Below, piece by piece: positions 25,205 through 35,697 of a stretch of 39,596 nt of DNA. This DNA comes from a virus (lineage: Duplodnaviria; Caudoviricetes). The translations under genes and the position numbers were made by a program. The DNA lies in the IMG/VR virus record IMGVR_UViG_3300040971_000006, positions 1-39,596 of that record; one strand, 5' to 3'. How positions within the stretch are numbered: the first letter of the stretch is position 1; each line of letters starts with the position of its first letter. Under the pieces are notes generated by a model that was not told the origin of the DNA, did no database searches, and worked only from the letters and a program-made list of their open reading frames with translations.

Positions 25205-27561
25205 TGAAGAGAGTAGATGGAAGTCTTGACTCTCTCCTGCAAGGTGTGTCTCAACAGGCGGCTCAGGTGCGCTCAGAAGGACAGTGTAGATTGCAGGAGA
25301 ATATGAGTAATGATCCTGTGCTTGGGCTGTGCAGACGGCAGCCTACGCTGTTCATGCACGACCTGTTCAGCAGTGCAACACGAGACTGGAACTTCAGGCT
25401 CATAGCAATCAACGCTACACAGCAGTACGTGCTGGCTTACAAGGCAGGCGGTCTGCGACTGTTCAATGTACTCACTGGAGCAGAGGAAACTATTACCATA
25501 GCTCCTGATTCCTTGAATTACCTGACGGGGGCGCGGGTATCCTTCGTAACAATAGATAAGAAGACTTTCATTTGTGACGATAGCACCGAGGTAGCCATGC
25601 TGCCAGATACCGTGGGTGCGCTGGATCAGGGTCGGGCACTGGTACAGGTCATGGGTGCATCCTTCAGTCGTGATCTGAAGCTGACCTTTAGTTGGTATGA
25701 TTCTGTACTTAATGAAGCGAAGACTCTGACTATCACGTACAACACTGGCGAGGGTGCTACATACGTCGATAACGCAAATCTGAGGACTACGTTCTTAGCT
25801 GGAAAGATCAGGGATGCTTGCGTAGCTAATGCTGAATTCACAACGTACTTCAATATAGCTGTAGCAGACGATTGTATCCTTATCACTAGAAAAGACGCAG
25901 CTAAGGTTGTTGGACTGGGTGTTGTGACCTCTGATGACTCTGGTAACACAGACCTAACCGCTGTATCAAGCACCGGCGTGTCTGTGAGTAGGCTTCCGCG
26001 ACTTGCTACAAATGGATACATTGTACGCATGCAGGGCCAGAACGTGGCTAGGGAAGATGACTACTACCTAAGGTTCACACAAGAGACTCCCGGCTTTGGT
26101 AAGGAGGGTGTGTGGAAGGAGTGCGCTAGCCCAGAGGAAGAGTACCTGTTCGATACAAGTACGATGCCGCATGTGCTTGAGTACACTGATACAGGCTTCA
26201 CCTTTGGACCCGGAGAGTGGGTTCCAAGAGAGGTAGGTGACGATATCACGAATCCGCGTCCTACGTTTGTTGGTAAGGTGATCGAGGATATGTGCGTGTT
26301 CCAAGGTAGGCTAACCTTCTTGGCAGGCTCTGCTGTAATCCTGTCTCGTAGTAACAAGCCCATGAACTTCTGGAAAGCTAGTGCTGTAACGTACACGGAC
26401 TCTGATGTTATTGATGTTGAGAGTAGCGTGAAGTACGGAGTCACTATGCGCAGGGCTACCTTGCACAACCGTGACTTGGTGATCTTTGCAGACAGGGCAC
26501 AGTTCATTATCTTTGGTAGGACTGCACTTACGCCTGATAACGCCAGCTTGGTTGTTACAGTATCATTTGATGCTGACTTGCAAGCCGATCCTGTCGAGTC
26601 TGGGAGCACTGTGTTCTTCGCTGTCAAGTATGGAGAGTTCACAGGTGTGCGCGAGTTCTACACAGAGGCCGCATCAGATGCAAATAACTCAAGTAGCATA
26701 ACCAGCCACATCACAGAGTACATTCTTGGTAGAGCTAAGCAGTTAGCTAACAGTAGTAACTTTGATTTGCTGCTTGTTCATACGGATGCTAGTGACACTG
26801 ATGCGTATGTGTACCAGTATGTGACTATGAATCAGGAGAGGGTACAGGCTGCATGGAGTAAATGGGTATTCGAGAACCCGATTGAGTACAGCTTCTTTGT
26901 TGATAATCTCATGTATTTAGTGCAGTACAATCCAAGACTCGGACGATTCGAGTTGTGCAGCATGAGTATTGACAGAATAACGGATGAGGGTGTGCAGTAC
27001 CAGATTTACTTGGATCGGAAGATCAAGCATACCGGAGTGCACACAAGTATTACGGTAGACGAGGCTGATAGAAGGACTTACGTACAAGGAGCTGGCTGCC
27101 CAAATCCCGGCATGCTTGCTGTGCCAGAAAGTACGACAAGCACGGTAGCGGTGTTCAGTAGAGATATGCTTGGTGGTGTAGTACACAGCGGTGTTAGATA
27201 CACCAGTAAGTACAGCCCGACAAGACCATTCGTCCGGGATGGGGATAAGAAGCCGATAACCACGTCGGACCTCAAGGTGTCTAAGTGGAACATCACATTC
27301 AAGGATTCTGGAGCGTTTGCTGCTGTGGTCCAGAGTAGGTATAAAGAGGATGTGCGTCAGGAGTTCAGCGCCCGTATCATAGGTGACATTAACAATATCA
27401 TAGGATCGGAACCGATATATAGTGATAGCCTCATAGTACCTGTGCGAGAGAATGCTGAGTACTGTGAGCTGGTGATAGAGTGTGACGAGCACACACCATT
27501 GTTTATCACTCAGATGGACTGGACTGGAACATATATAAAACGGGGCAGCCGTATCCGATAA
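25204..27561 (+). CDS. Tail tubular protein B
   Basis: LLQGVSQQ, GL.RR, W..R.VGDD.TNP.P.F, FQGRL, Q.AWSKW. Confidence 0.95.
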   Translation: MKRVDGSLDSLLQGVSQQAAQVRSEGQCRLQENMSNDPVLGLCRRQPTLFMHDLFSSATRDWNFRLIAINATQQYVLAYKAGGLRLFNVLTGAEETITIAPDSLNYLTGARVSFVTIDKKTFICDDSTEVAMLPDTVGALDQGRALVQVMGASFSRDLKLTFSWYDSVLNEAKTLTITYNTGEGATYVDNANLRTTFLAGKIRDACVANAEFTTYFNIAVADDCILITRKDAAKVVGLGVVTSDDSGNTDLTAVSSTGVSVSRLPRLATNGYIVRMQGQNVAREDDYYLRFTQETPGFGKEGVWKECASPEEEYLFDTSTMPHVLEYTDTGFTFGPGEWVPREVGDDITNPRPTFVGKVIEDMCVFQGRLTFLAGSAVILSRSNKPMNFWKASAVTYTDSDVIDVESSVKYGVTMRRATLHNRDLVIFADRAQFIIFGRTALTPDNASLVVTVSFDADLQADPVESGSTVFFAVKYGEFTGVREFYTEAASDANNSSSITSHITEYILGRAKQLANSSNFDLLLVHTDASDTDAYVYQYVTMNQERVQAAWSKWVFENPIEYSFFVDNLMYLVQYNPRLGRFELCSMSIDRITDEGVQYQIYLDRKIKHTGVHTSITVDEADRRTYVQGAGCPNPGMLAVPESTTSTVAVFSRDMLGGVVHSGVRYTSKYSPTRPFVRDGDKKPITTSDLKVSKWNITFKDSGAFAAVVQSRYKEDVRQEFSARIIGDINNIIGSEPIYSDSLIVPVRENAEYCELVIECDEHTPLFITQMDWTGTYIKRGSRIR

Positions 27562-27570
27562 GGAGCATGT

Positions 27571-28137
27571 ATGTCGTATTGGATGTTAGGATTGCAGGCC
27601 CTACAGATGGTCGGAGGATTGCAGGCGGAAAGAGAAACGGCCAAGATGCGCAATAAACTGAATAAGGTGCAGAACAAGGTGCTCATGGCCTCTGCATTTG
27701 ATTCAGTGTCTGCTATCGTGCGGAATAAGACTAGCGCGTATATGCAGAGTCAGGAGGTAGCCTTCGCCCTACAGAGGGAGGAGCTTGCTACGTCTGGGGC
27801 GCATAATGCGCAGGCTGGGGCCGCTGGTGTTACTGGGCAGTCTGTTCGTCTGGGAGCTTCTGCTATTCACAGAGAGGCCCTATTCAAGGATACTCAGAGA
27901 CAGCAGGAGTTGCAGAGTGTGTACGCTAGTATGAATGACAGTATTGATAGCACGCTGAAGTCTGCTGTGTCCCAGACTGATACTTCTAAGGTAACTCCGA
28001 ACTATATGGCTACTATTGGGCAAAGCCTGATAGGGATGGGCCAGACGTTCTTTACCTCTAAGAAGGAAGGCGGTATTGGTGGCTTTGATGGCTTGAAGTT
28101 CGATACTGGTTCACTATTCAAAAAGTTAGGTGGTTAA
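27571..28137 (+). CDS. Internal virion (ejection) protein, gp14-like
   Basis: Position, size and A.AAGV.G.SV motif. Confidence 0.8.
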   Translation: MSYWMLGLQALQMVGGLQAERETAKMRNKLNKVQNKVLMASAFDSVSAIVRNKTSAYMQSQEVAFALQREELATSGAHNAQAGAAGVTGQSVRLGASAIHREALFKDTQRQQELQSVYASMNDSIDSTLKSAVSQTDTSKVTPNYMATIGQSLIGMGQTFFTSKKEGGIGGFDGLKFDTGSLFKKLGG

Positions 28138-30469
28138 TATGCAAGGAGCAGAACGCCGGGAGGTTGTACAAGCAACCCCCGCAGAAGGCGTGGCGAATAG
28201 AGCAGCTCGGCCCGGAGTTCAGATGCGATATGCAAAGACTCCCATGGCCGCTGAGGAAGCAGGACGAGGGGCGGCTACGCTGGCAATGCTTGCTGAGAAG
28301 GCACAGCCAGCCGTCCAAGCCCTGCACATGCAAGGTATGCGTGAGGACTTCTTGAAGGGGCAGATGCAGCTCGCACAGGGTAAGACCTATCAGCAGATCA
28401 GAGATTCCGGTGCTAGTTATGCTACCGTATCTGGTGCTGCTGCACTACAGGCTCAGAAGGTAATGAATGACACGTACCTTGAGGGCCTGACGGCTATTAC
28501 TCAGGAAGATCATAGACTTACCCCTGAGCAGTATAGTGAGAAGCTGGGAGCTATTAGTAAAGGGCTATTCACTGGCGACCAGATCGTCGATGACTTTATG
28601 ACGGAGCTTGCCAGTACTAATGTATTGAAGCTGGCGGAAGCACAGACTCTGGCGCACGAAGAATGGAAGGTGCAGGAAACAAAGAGTGCAGGCCGGGATA
28701 CTCTTATTAGTTACAGTTCCTTGGAGGACGCAGAGTCTGATAAGGCTCTTACTGCCATGCTTGGTGAGCAGCAGGACGGTAAGTGGATGTACACCGGCCC
28801 TCTGCAAGGCTTGAATGAAGCAGACCGAAAAGAAGTGATCCTTGAAGCTGCCAGACTTGAGCTCTCTCAGGGCGGCAGGAAGATACTGGATAAGTTGGGC
28901 GGGATGCCCGGTATCCGGGAAAGATTCAGCACTACCCTTGCAGAAGAGTCTGCTGTTATACAGGCATTCTCGCAGTTCCAAGCAGACAAGGAAAATGAGT
29001 ACAACGCAGAGCTGCATTCTGAGATGTTTGCTAACGAGCGCGCTGTACGGTCTGGTAGCATCACCCTTGAGCAGGGTTTAGCAAATGGTGAGGTGATAGC
29101 TCGGAAGTTCAATAAGGGGAACAAGACATTACAGGCCATGGCGTCAGACCTGCACGGTGCTGCTAATGTGTACATGAACAAGTTAGATGCTGACAGGGCG
29201 CGTGCTCTTGATGCGCATGCCCGTATGCTGGAAAAAGCCAATGAAGACTACATGAAGCAGGCTGAGTTGATAGCTACAGCAGACCGGGCTATTAGCACTA
29301 ACAGCATGTACACTCTGGATGCCAAAGAGAAGGCCGTAGCTTTTCAGCGCATTCGTCAGAAGATCGACGCTGACCTGCTGCGTGATGTGCGCGATGGTGT
29401 AGTACCTCCTGACGGGATCACCAAAGAAGCTATCACTAGAATGGCTACAGCTATAGACCGTTACGGGGTTGTGGACGATGAACAGGCAGCATTTTCTACA
29501 GCGGCCTTCAACACTAATCTGATCTCAAACGAGAAGGGTGAGGTGTACGCAGGAGTTATGCAGGCTTATCTTGGTCTTGCACCTTTGTACGACATTAATC
29601 CAGCCCTAGCTCTGAAACATCTAAATACAGATCAGGCTAAGGCTATGTTTCTCATGGCGCGGGAGCTGGACCTAAGTACTGACCTGAATGAGGGCGAATC
29701 CCTCAAGCAGGCTGCTGCAAATTCCAGACGTGGCATAGACATGGGCGCGGCAGACTCGGTGTTTGGTACGAAGGGGTTCAATGAGACGATGCAAGACATC
29801 GCTCTTGCCGCAGTCGAGAAGATGGTTCCGAGTCTTAACCCATTTACTACTACAAAGCGTGGCAGTGTTAACGAGATAAGCACTTGGGAGATGCGTCGTG
29901 CGGTTGGTAAGTACGAGTTCCTTGAGGATGTGACTAGACGTGCTAAACGACACTGGATGCAGAACACAGGACTGACTCCTACCCAAGCAGGAGAGTTGGC
30001 CGCTGCGGAGATACAGTCAAAGGCGGCGTACGTAGTTGGTAATATACTTGTACCAGAAGGCGATGACGAGCTTCATGAAGTCCTGGGTATGTCTAAGTAT
30101 AAAACAGAGTCGGGTGCTCCGCACGAGGCTCTTGTGGAGTTTCTCAAAGTTAACGGGCCTACTCTATTTGGAAAGCAGTGGTTTGATTCAGAGATAGCCA
30201 CCAGAGGCAGCGGGGCGTTTATGGGGTATTTAGGTACAAAACTCAGCCAGACGTACAGAGATGTGCCAGAGTTGAATGTACAACTAACCAAAGGACGGGA
30301 CGGTTACACTCTGTTCATGCAGCCTAGATTGAATGATGGTTCATTTGGCGCGTCTAGAGAAGTAACGGCCACAGAGCTTGGTGAGTTTTATGAACAGTGG
30401 AGGGAGACTACTATTGGGAAAGCGCCAAGAGTTACACCAGAGTCTGTCCTAAGTAATATAGCACAATAG
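28130..30469 (+). CDS. Internal virion (ejection) protein, gp15-like
   Basis: Position; 779 aa; helical Ala/Glu/Gln-rich composition. Confidence 0.75.
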   Translation: MVNMQGAERREVVQATPAEGVANRAARPGVQMRYAKTPMAAEEAGRGAATLAMLAEKAQPAVQALHMQGMREDFLKGQMQLAQGKTYQQIRDSGASYATVSGAAALQAQKVMNDTYLEGLTAITQEDHRLTPEQYSEKLGAISKGLFTGDQIVDDFMTELASTNVLKLAEAQTLAHEEWKVQETKSAGRDTLISYSSLEDAESDKALTAMLGEQQDGKWMYTGPLQGLNEADRKEVILEAARLELSQGGRKILDKLGGMPGIRERFSTTLAEESAVIQAFSQFQADKENEYNAELHSEMFANERAVRSGSITLEQGLANGEVIARKFNKGNKTLQAMASDLHGAANVYMNKLDADRARALDAHARMLEKANEDYMKQAELIATADRAISTNSMYTLDAKEKAVAFQRIRQKIDADLLRDVRDGVVPPDGITKEAITRMATAIDRYGVVDDEQAAFSTAAFNTNLISNEKGEVYAGVMQAYLGLAPLYDINPALALKHLNTDQAKAMFLMARELDLSTDLNEGESLKQAAANSRRGIDMGAADSVFGTKGFNETMQDIALAAVEKMVPSLNPFTTTKRGSVNEISTWEMRRAVGKYEFLEDVTRRAKRHWMQNTGLTPTQAGELAAAEIQSKAAYVVGNILVPEGDDELHEVLGMSKYKTESGAPHEALVEFLKVNGPTLFGKQWFDSEIATRGSGAFMGYLGTKLSQTYRDVPELNVQLTKGRDGYTLFMQPRLNDGSFGASREVTATELGEFYEQWRETTIGKAPRVTPESVLSNIAQ

Positions 30470-30482
30470 TAAGGAGAGTTAT

Positions 30483-33400
30483 ATGGACGTGTTCGAAGAG
30501 ATTCCTGCTGACCTTATGCCAGACGAGCCTACTGTTAAGAGCGTGAATCTCTTCGGGCCTGTCAGCGCACAAGAGATAGCAGAGCATGATAACAGGCAGC
30601 GAGAGGAGGCTGGATACATAGACTTGGTGCAGGATGCATTTAGTCTGGATAACTTTGGTAAAAACTTTTATGATGCCATGGTTCGAAAGCACAAATACAA
30701 AGCCGACCCAAACTATGACTTCACTCAACACAGCAAAGCACTGTTGGACGGAATACCAAGCATGTGGCATGATAAATTCAAAGGCGTAGCTTCATTAGAA
30801 GAGGCTATGGATTTGAGGGACAGTGTGCTGCAAGAAATCAAAGCTCAGGAGAAGTTGTCAGACAATGGATTTATTGGTGGATTAGCCCGCATGACCGCCG
30901 CTTCCCTCGACCTAGATATTTTGCTTGTGCCTGGATTTACGGCTGCAAAGAATCTGACTACTATGGCCCGTATAGCACGAGGTGCGGCGGTGGGTGGTGC
31001 TTCAGCAATAGTAACTGAGGCCGGGCTTGCTACCTTTGGTGAGACAAATGATTGGAGTACGTTGCCTGTAGCAGCACTTATGGGGTTTACACTAGGTGGG
31101 GCATTAGGTGGAATTCAACCAAGTGCTGGTATGAGTGTTAAGATTGTGGATGACGAGATAGGAGCGGCAGCGGCTAAGGCTGAGTGGGTTGATCCTGCTG
31201 TTAATCCTATGCGTGCATTTGAGTGGGACGGTAGTACTCCGCGCACTGATCCTCAGCCATTCGATCCGTACGTACTGCGTAAGCAAGAATGGCGAGGTAC
31301 TCCTGAGGCTATGCACAACGCGGCGAAAGACCTAGCCGAGAACGCACAAGACCCTGATGCTATCAAGGCAATAGATGGGCTGGATCATGTTATCAACGAC
31401 TACACAGGAGCTCGTGTATTCGTAGGTGATGAAGGTACTATGGGAGAACGGGCTGCTGCTCTTGTAGCTGACCTTGATACTAGGAAAGCATTGGGTGAAG
31501 GCTGGCCTGCTAAGTTCAGGAAGGCTTTGGCTAATAGTCCATTCGCTGACGACGCAACTAGATTGTGGGAATCAGGTAGTGCAACCATGCGCTCCTTAGC
31601 TGTTAGTTTGTTTGAGTTCGCAGATGGGCTTATCGTCAATAACAGATCAGGCGCTATGCTAAATGAGTTCCTTATTGGACACACATACAAACCGCAAGCT
31701 CAGATATATGATTCAGTAGTTCAGGCTGCGTGGAAGCGTAAGGGCCTATCGCCTATGGATTTGAAGGGTAGAGATGCGTACGTCAAAGACTTGAACAGAC
31801 GAGTGCTGATGCAGGCTAACGACTTGAATCTGAACAGACCAGTCAGACTTGATGATGATGTTGCTGATGTCCTAGCCGGTATTCGTGACATGTCTGAAAA
31901 GTTCCGTAAGGAGGGTGCTGGCGGGTTCGGTGGAGAACGCGCTGTACCCGGCTTTGAGAACTTACAGGAGAAGGCCGCTTATATTCCTATGCCGTGGCAT
32001 CCTGACCGCCTACGTGCTGAGCTTATACGATTAGAGGGAATAACCGGAAGTGCAAAGGCTGCTAGAAAGAAACTCGGTAACGCTTTGAAACATGCGTACA
32101 TGAGCGCTAATCCGGACATGTCTGAAGAGGTAGCTAATCAGGTTTCCTTAGCGTTGATCCGTAGACAGCTTGCCAAGGGTGATGTTATGGACACCAACAT
32201 CCAAGCACTACTCAAGAGCGATGACTCTCGCGACCTGCTTGTTGAGGCTCTCGTTGATAATGGTGCTACTAAAGAGCAGGCTGAAGCCATGCTTAATAAG
32301 CTCAGTGCTAGTGATGTAGAGAAGAGTACTGTGTCTTACGGTAGACGCAGAACTAACATTGACTTGGCTGGTGAGTACGATGGTGTGAAGATCATAGACC
32401 TTGTGGATAATGATCTACAGGGTGTACTGTACAGGTACTCCGACACCATGAGTAAGCGTATAGCGCTTAGTAGACACGGTATTGATAGTAAGCGTAAAAT
32501 GGAAGCTATCAAGATTCAGGTTAAAAAGGAGCTTGGTAACGTAAGCCAAGCAGATAAGGCTAAGGTTGAAGAGTTCCTTGACTATATGTTTGAATACTTC
32601 GAGCCGGGAACTGTGGACAAGCATATCAACCCATGGATGCGACGGGCTAAGGGGTCTGTAAACCTCTCCCTACTCAGTAAACTGGGTATAACTCAGAGTG
32701 CAGAGACTGGTGCTATTATATCTGCTACGGGTATGGAGAACTTCATTCGTGCATCCAAGGTCATGACTCAGGCTTCTCTTGGTAAACACAAGAAAGCTCT
32801 AGCTGAAGACTTTGGGTTCTTGTTGGGTAATTTTGCGTACGAGCGTGGACTACTTCGGTCAGACTTCGCACAGGACGCTGCTCTTGATACCATTACCTCA
32901 AGCAGCAGAGTGGCCCAAGCGTTCGACTCTATCCTCGCTAGAGGGCAGCACTTACAGAGCATGATATCAGGCTACACAAAGGTTGTAGAGGCTCAGTTGA
33001 ATCTGGGAGCTATAGCGGGGGCCAACAAGATATTCCGTGGGCTGAAGGCGGGTAAGGCTGCCGATCTGAATGATATGTTCCAGAGTATGGGTGTAACCCC
33101 GCAGTCCATTAAATCCTTGCAGAAGCTCGTAGATGACGGTGTTATTGAGTTCAGGGCTGACGGGCACGTTGCTACTATGAATGTCTCTCGTTGGCCTAAC
33201 AGGATCAGGGAGGACTTCGGGCTGGCCTCGCTTAGGTTGGCTAGACAGATGACTCAGCGATCTCTCGCAGGAGAGAGTATGCAATGGCTGCATGATCCAT
33301 CTTGGGCCATCTTCGGGCATCTTATGAACTTCCCTCTGCTAGCTATGAAGAAGCAGTTCCTAAGGCATGCAGGTAGAAAGGATGGGCAGTTACTTGCTCT

Positions 33401-33788
33401 GACCTCGTGGGGTATGGGCACTGCCTGCTTAGCTGCTGTTATCTCTGCTGGTACAGAAGGAAGAGAGATGACCCCAGAGTATCTTGCTCGTAGGGCGTTC
33501 TCTCTGAATAACGCAATAGGTTGGACTGCTCCTGGCATTGACCTGTTCGCTGTAATGACTGGCCTTGAGGAGTACGCTCCGGGCGGTAGATACGCACAGG
33601 AGGTAAGTATTCCTCTGCTTAGTGTAGCTGAGAGGGCGCGTGGGATTCCTGCTGCTATGGCTGGTTTACTTCCCGGCGCGGAGTTCACAGCCAGCGACAA
33701 GAGAGCCATGCAGGTTTTACCTGTCGTAGGAGGCGCTATGTTCATGGGTAGGGTTTGGGACGCTGCTAGAACTGATATAGAAGAGTAG
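30483..33788 (+). CDS. Internal virion (ejection) protein, gp16-like
   Basis: Position before the tail fibre; 1101 aa; hydrophobic Gly/Ala segments; F.....KQF motif near the C-terminus. Confidence 0.8.
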   Translation: MDVFEEIPADLMPDEPTVKSVNLFGPVSAQEIAEHDNRQREEAGYIDLVQDAFSLDNFGKNFYDAMVRKHKYKADPNYDFTQHSKALLDGIPSMWHDKFKGVASLEEAMDLRDSVLQEIKAQEKLSDNGFIGGLARMTAASLDLDILLVPGFTAAKNLTTMARIARGAAVGGASAIVTEAGLATFGETNDWSTLPVAALMGFTLGGALGGIQPSAGMSVKIVDDEIGAAAAKAEWVDPAVNPMRAFEWDGSTPRTDPQPFDPYVLRKQEWRGTPEAMHNAAKDLAENAQDPDAIKAIDGLDHVINDYTGARVFVGDEGTMGERAAALVADLDTRKALGEGWPAKFRKALANSPFADDATRLWESGSATMRSLAVSLFEFADGLIVNNRSGAMLNEFLIGHTYKPQAQIYDSVVQAAWKRKGLSPMDLKGRDAYVKDLNRRVLMQANDLNLNRPVRLDDDVADVLAGIRDMSEKFRKEGAGGFGGERAVPGFENLQEKAAYIPMPWHPDRLRAELIRLEGITGSAKAARKKLGNALKHAYMSANPDMSEEVANQVSLALIRRQLAKGDVMDTNIQALLKSDDSRDLLVEALVDNGATKEQAEAMLNKLSASDVEKSTVSYGRRRTNIDLAGEYDGVKIIDLVDNDLQGVLYRYSDTMSKRIALSRHGIDSKRKMEAIKIQVKKELGNVSQADKAKVEEFLDYMFEYFEPGTVDKHINPWMRRAKGSVNLSLLSKLGITQSAETGAIISATGMENFIRASKVMTQASLGKHKKALAEDFGFLLGNFAYERGLLRSDFAQDAALDTITSSSRVAQAFDSILARGQHLQSMISGYTKVVEAQLNLGAIAGANKIFRGLKAGKAADLNDMFQSMGVTPQSIKSLQKLVDDGVIEFRADGHVATMNVSRWPNRIREDFGLASLRLARQMTQRSLAGESMQWLHDPSWAIFGHLMNFPLLAMKKQFLRHAGRKDGQLLALTSWGMGTACLAAVISAGTEGREMTPEYLARRAFSLNNAIGWTAPGIDLFAVMTGLEEYAPGGRYAQEVSIPLLSVAERARGIPAAMAGLLPGAEFTASDKRAMQVLPVVGGAMFMGRVWDAARTDIEE

Positions 33789-33813
33789 CCTAGCTTTAAG
33801 GATAAAACTTAAC

Positions 33814-33831
33814 GGGGAGGTCCGCCTCCCC
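33814..33831 (+). promoter_or_regulatory. GC hairpin just upstream of the tail-fibre SD (no U-tail)
   Basis: GGGGAGG-TCCG-CCTCCCC; sequence context resembles 14690-14732. Confidence 0.65.
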
Positions 33832-33844
33832 ACAAGGAGCTTGT

Positions 33845-35494
33845 ATGCCTATTAATTCTGGGTATAGTTTTTATGAGTACGCGGGAGATGGTGTAACTAC
33901 ACGCTTCCCCGTACAGTTTTCTCTTGGTGAGTTAAAGCGTGCGTACGTTACTTGTCGAGTAGATAATGAAGTTGATGCCTTCGGTGCGCCACTGTACAGA
34001 GAGATTACTGATGTGCCCGGCGATCCCGGTATGATCGAGGTTCTTGGCTCTGTACCTGCTGTTGGTGCACCGATAGTATTCCGAAGGATCGTACCTAAAG
34101 AGCTGTTGCTGCACCTGTACGCGAATGGTAGTATCTTGGACTATCCGTCCCTTGACGAGAGTCATCTGCAATTGATGATGGCATTGCATGAGGTATTGGA
34201 TGGCTATGGCCTGACAAGCGTGTTTACAGACATAAACATGAACGGGTACAAGCTGACTAACATCTTTACTGATCCTGATGACCCAACCAGTATTGCTACT
34301 GTCGGGGCACTTGGCCCGTACAGGCAGGATGCACTTGATGCCGCGATCGCTGCTGCTGGGAGTGCATTGGAAGCCCTCGGGTACAGAGACACAGCCCTCG
34401 GGTACAGAGACACAGCCCTTGCGCATGCTACAACTGCTACAACCCAAGCCGATATTGCTACCGCACAGGCAGGAATTGCTTCTGGTCACGCCGACGCCGC
34501 AGCGTTGAGTGTTGTAGACGCACAGACCGCTGCTGACTCTATTGGTGTCATGCAATCCCGTGGTGTCCTCCTTACTGGACAGGACACGATCACTCTGACT
34601 TGGGCCTATAACCCCGCACTCAAGAATGTCGCTGTGTATCTTAATGGTGTGAAGCAGGACGCAGATACTGCACTAATCTACACCGACATTAACACCATCA
34701 CCCTTACTGAACCTGTCACTGCAACAACCAACTGGGAAGTCATCAGTGTCACCTTGGCTGGTGATAGTACCTTGAGTGGGTATGTCGATCAGTGCCAGAC
34801 CATCGTGAACAACGCCGCTCTGAGCAACTACCCCGTCGGGTCTTTGCTCGTGGTGACGGGGGGCACGCCACCGGCTGGAGCCATCGAATCCGATGGCGGG
34901 CTGAAGAGCCGCGCCGCGTACCCGGACCTGTGGGTGTATGCACAAGGAAGCGGGAACATCAGCGTGGACGATGCAAGCTGGACGAACACTCAGTATTCCC
35001 CCGGCGATGGCAGCACTACATTCCGCGTGCCCAGCATCACGTCTGCTGACGGTCTTGTTTGCATCAAAGCGTACGATGTCCTCAGTGACCCCAACGTACT
35101 GAATGCTATCGCGGTTGTGAACGATATTAACAGGCTTGAGAGTGTCAAGCTAGAGAAAGAGGACCTCAACGTAGCCGGGAACGCCCCGATGTATGTGGCG
35201 AGGTGGTGGGTTGTTTTTGACGGAACAGTCGCGTCCCCCAACATAAAGGCAAGTGGAAATGTTAGTAGTGTAACAAAAAACGGAACAGGCGATTACACTA
35301 TAACTTTTTCAACTCCAATGAACGATGCGAATTATGCTATATTTGGTAGCGTCCAGAGGGGTGTGACTAACAGTATCATAAGCTTGTCTGTGCATAACAC
35401 TGATGGGAAATCTGTCAATAGTGTTAGGATACAAGTTTTTTCTAGTACTACCGCTGTTGATGCGGTTGATATAATGTTAGGAGGGGTTCAATGA
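33845..35494 (+). CDS. Tail fibre protein (T7 gp17-like N-terminal anchor, Ala-rich coil, collar domain, C-terminal beta domain)
   Basis: GDG.TT.F, RRI.P, D..M.G.K..N anchor; collar motif PVG..PPAG....DG..SR..YPDLW..GDGSTTFRVP; C-terminal SGNVSSVT..GTGDY.I.F. Confidence 0.9.
   Translation: MPINSGYSFYEYAGDGVTTRFPVQFSLGELKRAYVTCRVDNEVDAFGAPLYREITDVPGDPGMIEVLGSVPAVGAPIVFRRIVPKELLLHLYANGSILDYPSLDESHLQLMMALHEVLDGYGLTSVFTDINMNGYKLTNIFTDPDDPTSIATVGALGPYRQDALDAAIAAAGSALEALGYRDTALGYRDTALAHATTATTQADIATAQAGIASGHADAAALSVVDAQTAADSIGVMQSRGVLLTGQDTITLTWAYNPALKNVAVYLNGVKQDADTALIYTDINTITLTEPVTATTNWEVISVTLAGDSTLSGYVDQCQTIVNNAALSNYPVGSLLVVTGGTPPAGAIESDGGLKSRAAYPDLWVYAQGSGNISVDDASWTNTQYSPGDGSTTFRVPSITSADGLVCIKAYDVLSDPNVLNAIAVVNDINRLESVKLEKEDLNVAGNAPMYVARWWVVFDGTVASPNIKASGNVSSVTKNGTGDYTITFSTPMNDANYAIFGSVQRGVTNSIISLSVHNTDGKSVNSVRIQVFSSTTAVDAVDIMLGGVQ
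34372..34419 (+). repeat. Exact 21-bp in-frame tandem duplication (ALGYRDT x2)
   Basis: AGCCCTCGGGTACAGAGACAC twice, plus AGCCCT. Confidence 0.95.
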
Positions 35495-35697
35495 AGTGCA
35501 TAGTATTTGAAATAGATAACTCCATATCTGTGATGGCTCCAACAGACCAGATTAATTATCTGGTGACTGCGATGCGAGACGTACCAGATGGAGTGCCTTT
35601 TATTATTATTGATATTTCGGAGCTACCCGACGCACCAAAAGAATCGTGGGTAGTCGATTTCTCGAACCCTGACGGAATTGGAGGGCGCTTTGAGTAA
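35491..35697 (+). CDS. Small tail-fibre-associated protein
   Basis: AGGAGG SD; ATGA overlap; DVP.G.PF.II...ELP..W..DFS.PDG.G pattern; AT-rich like the fibre tip. Confidence 0.7.
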   Translation: MKCIVFEIDNSISVMAPTDQINYLVTAMRDVPDGVPFIIIDISELPDAPKESWVVDFSNPDGIGGRFE

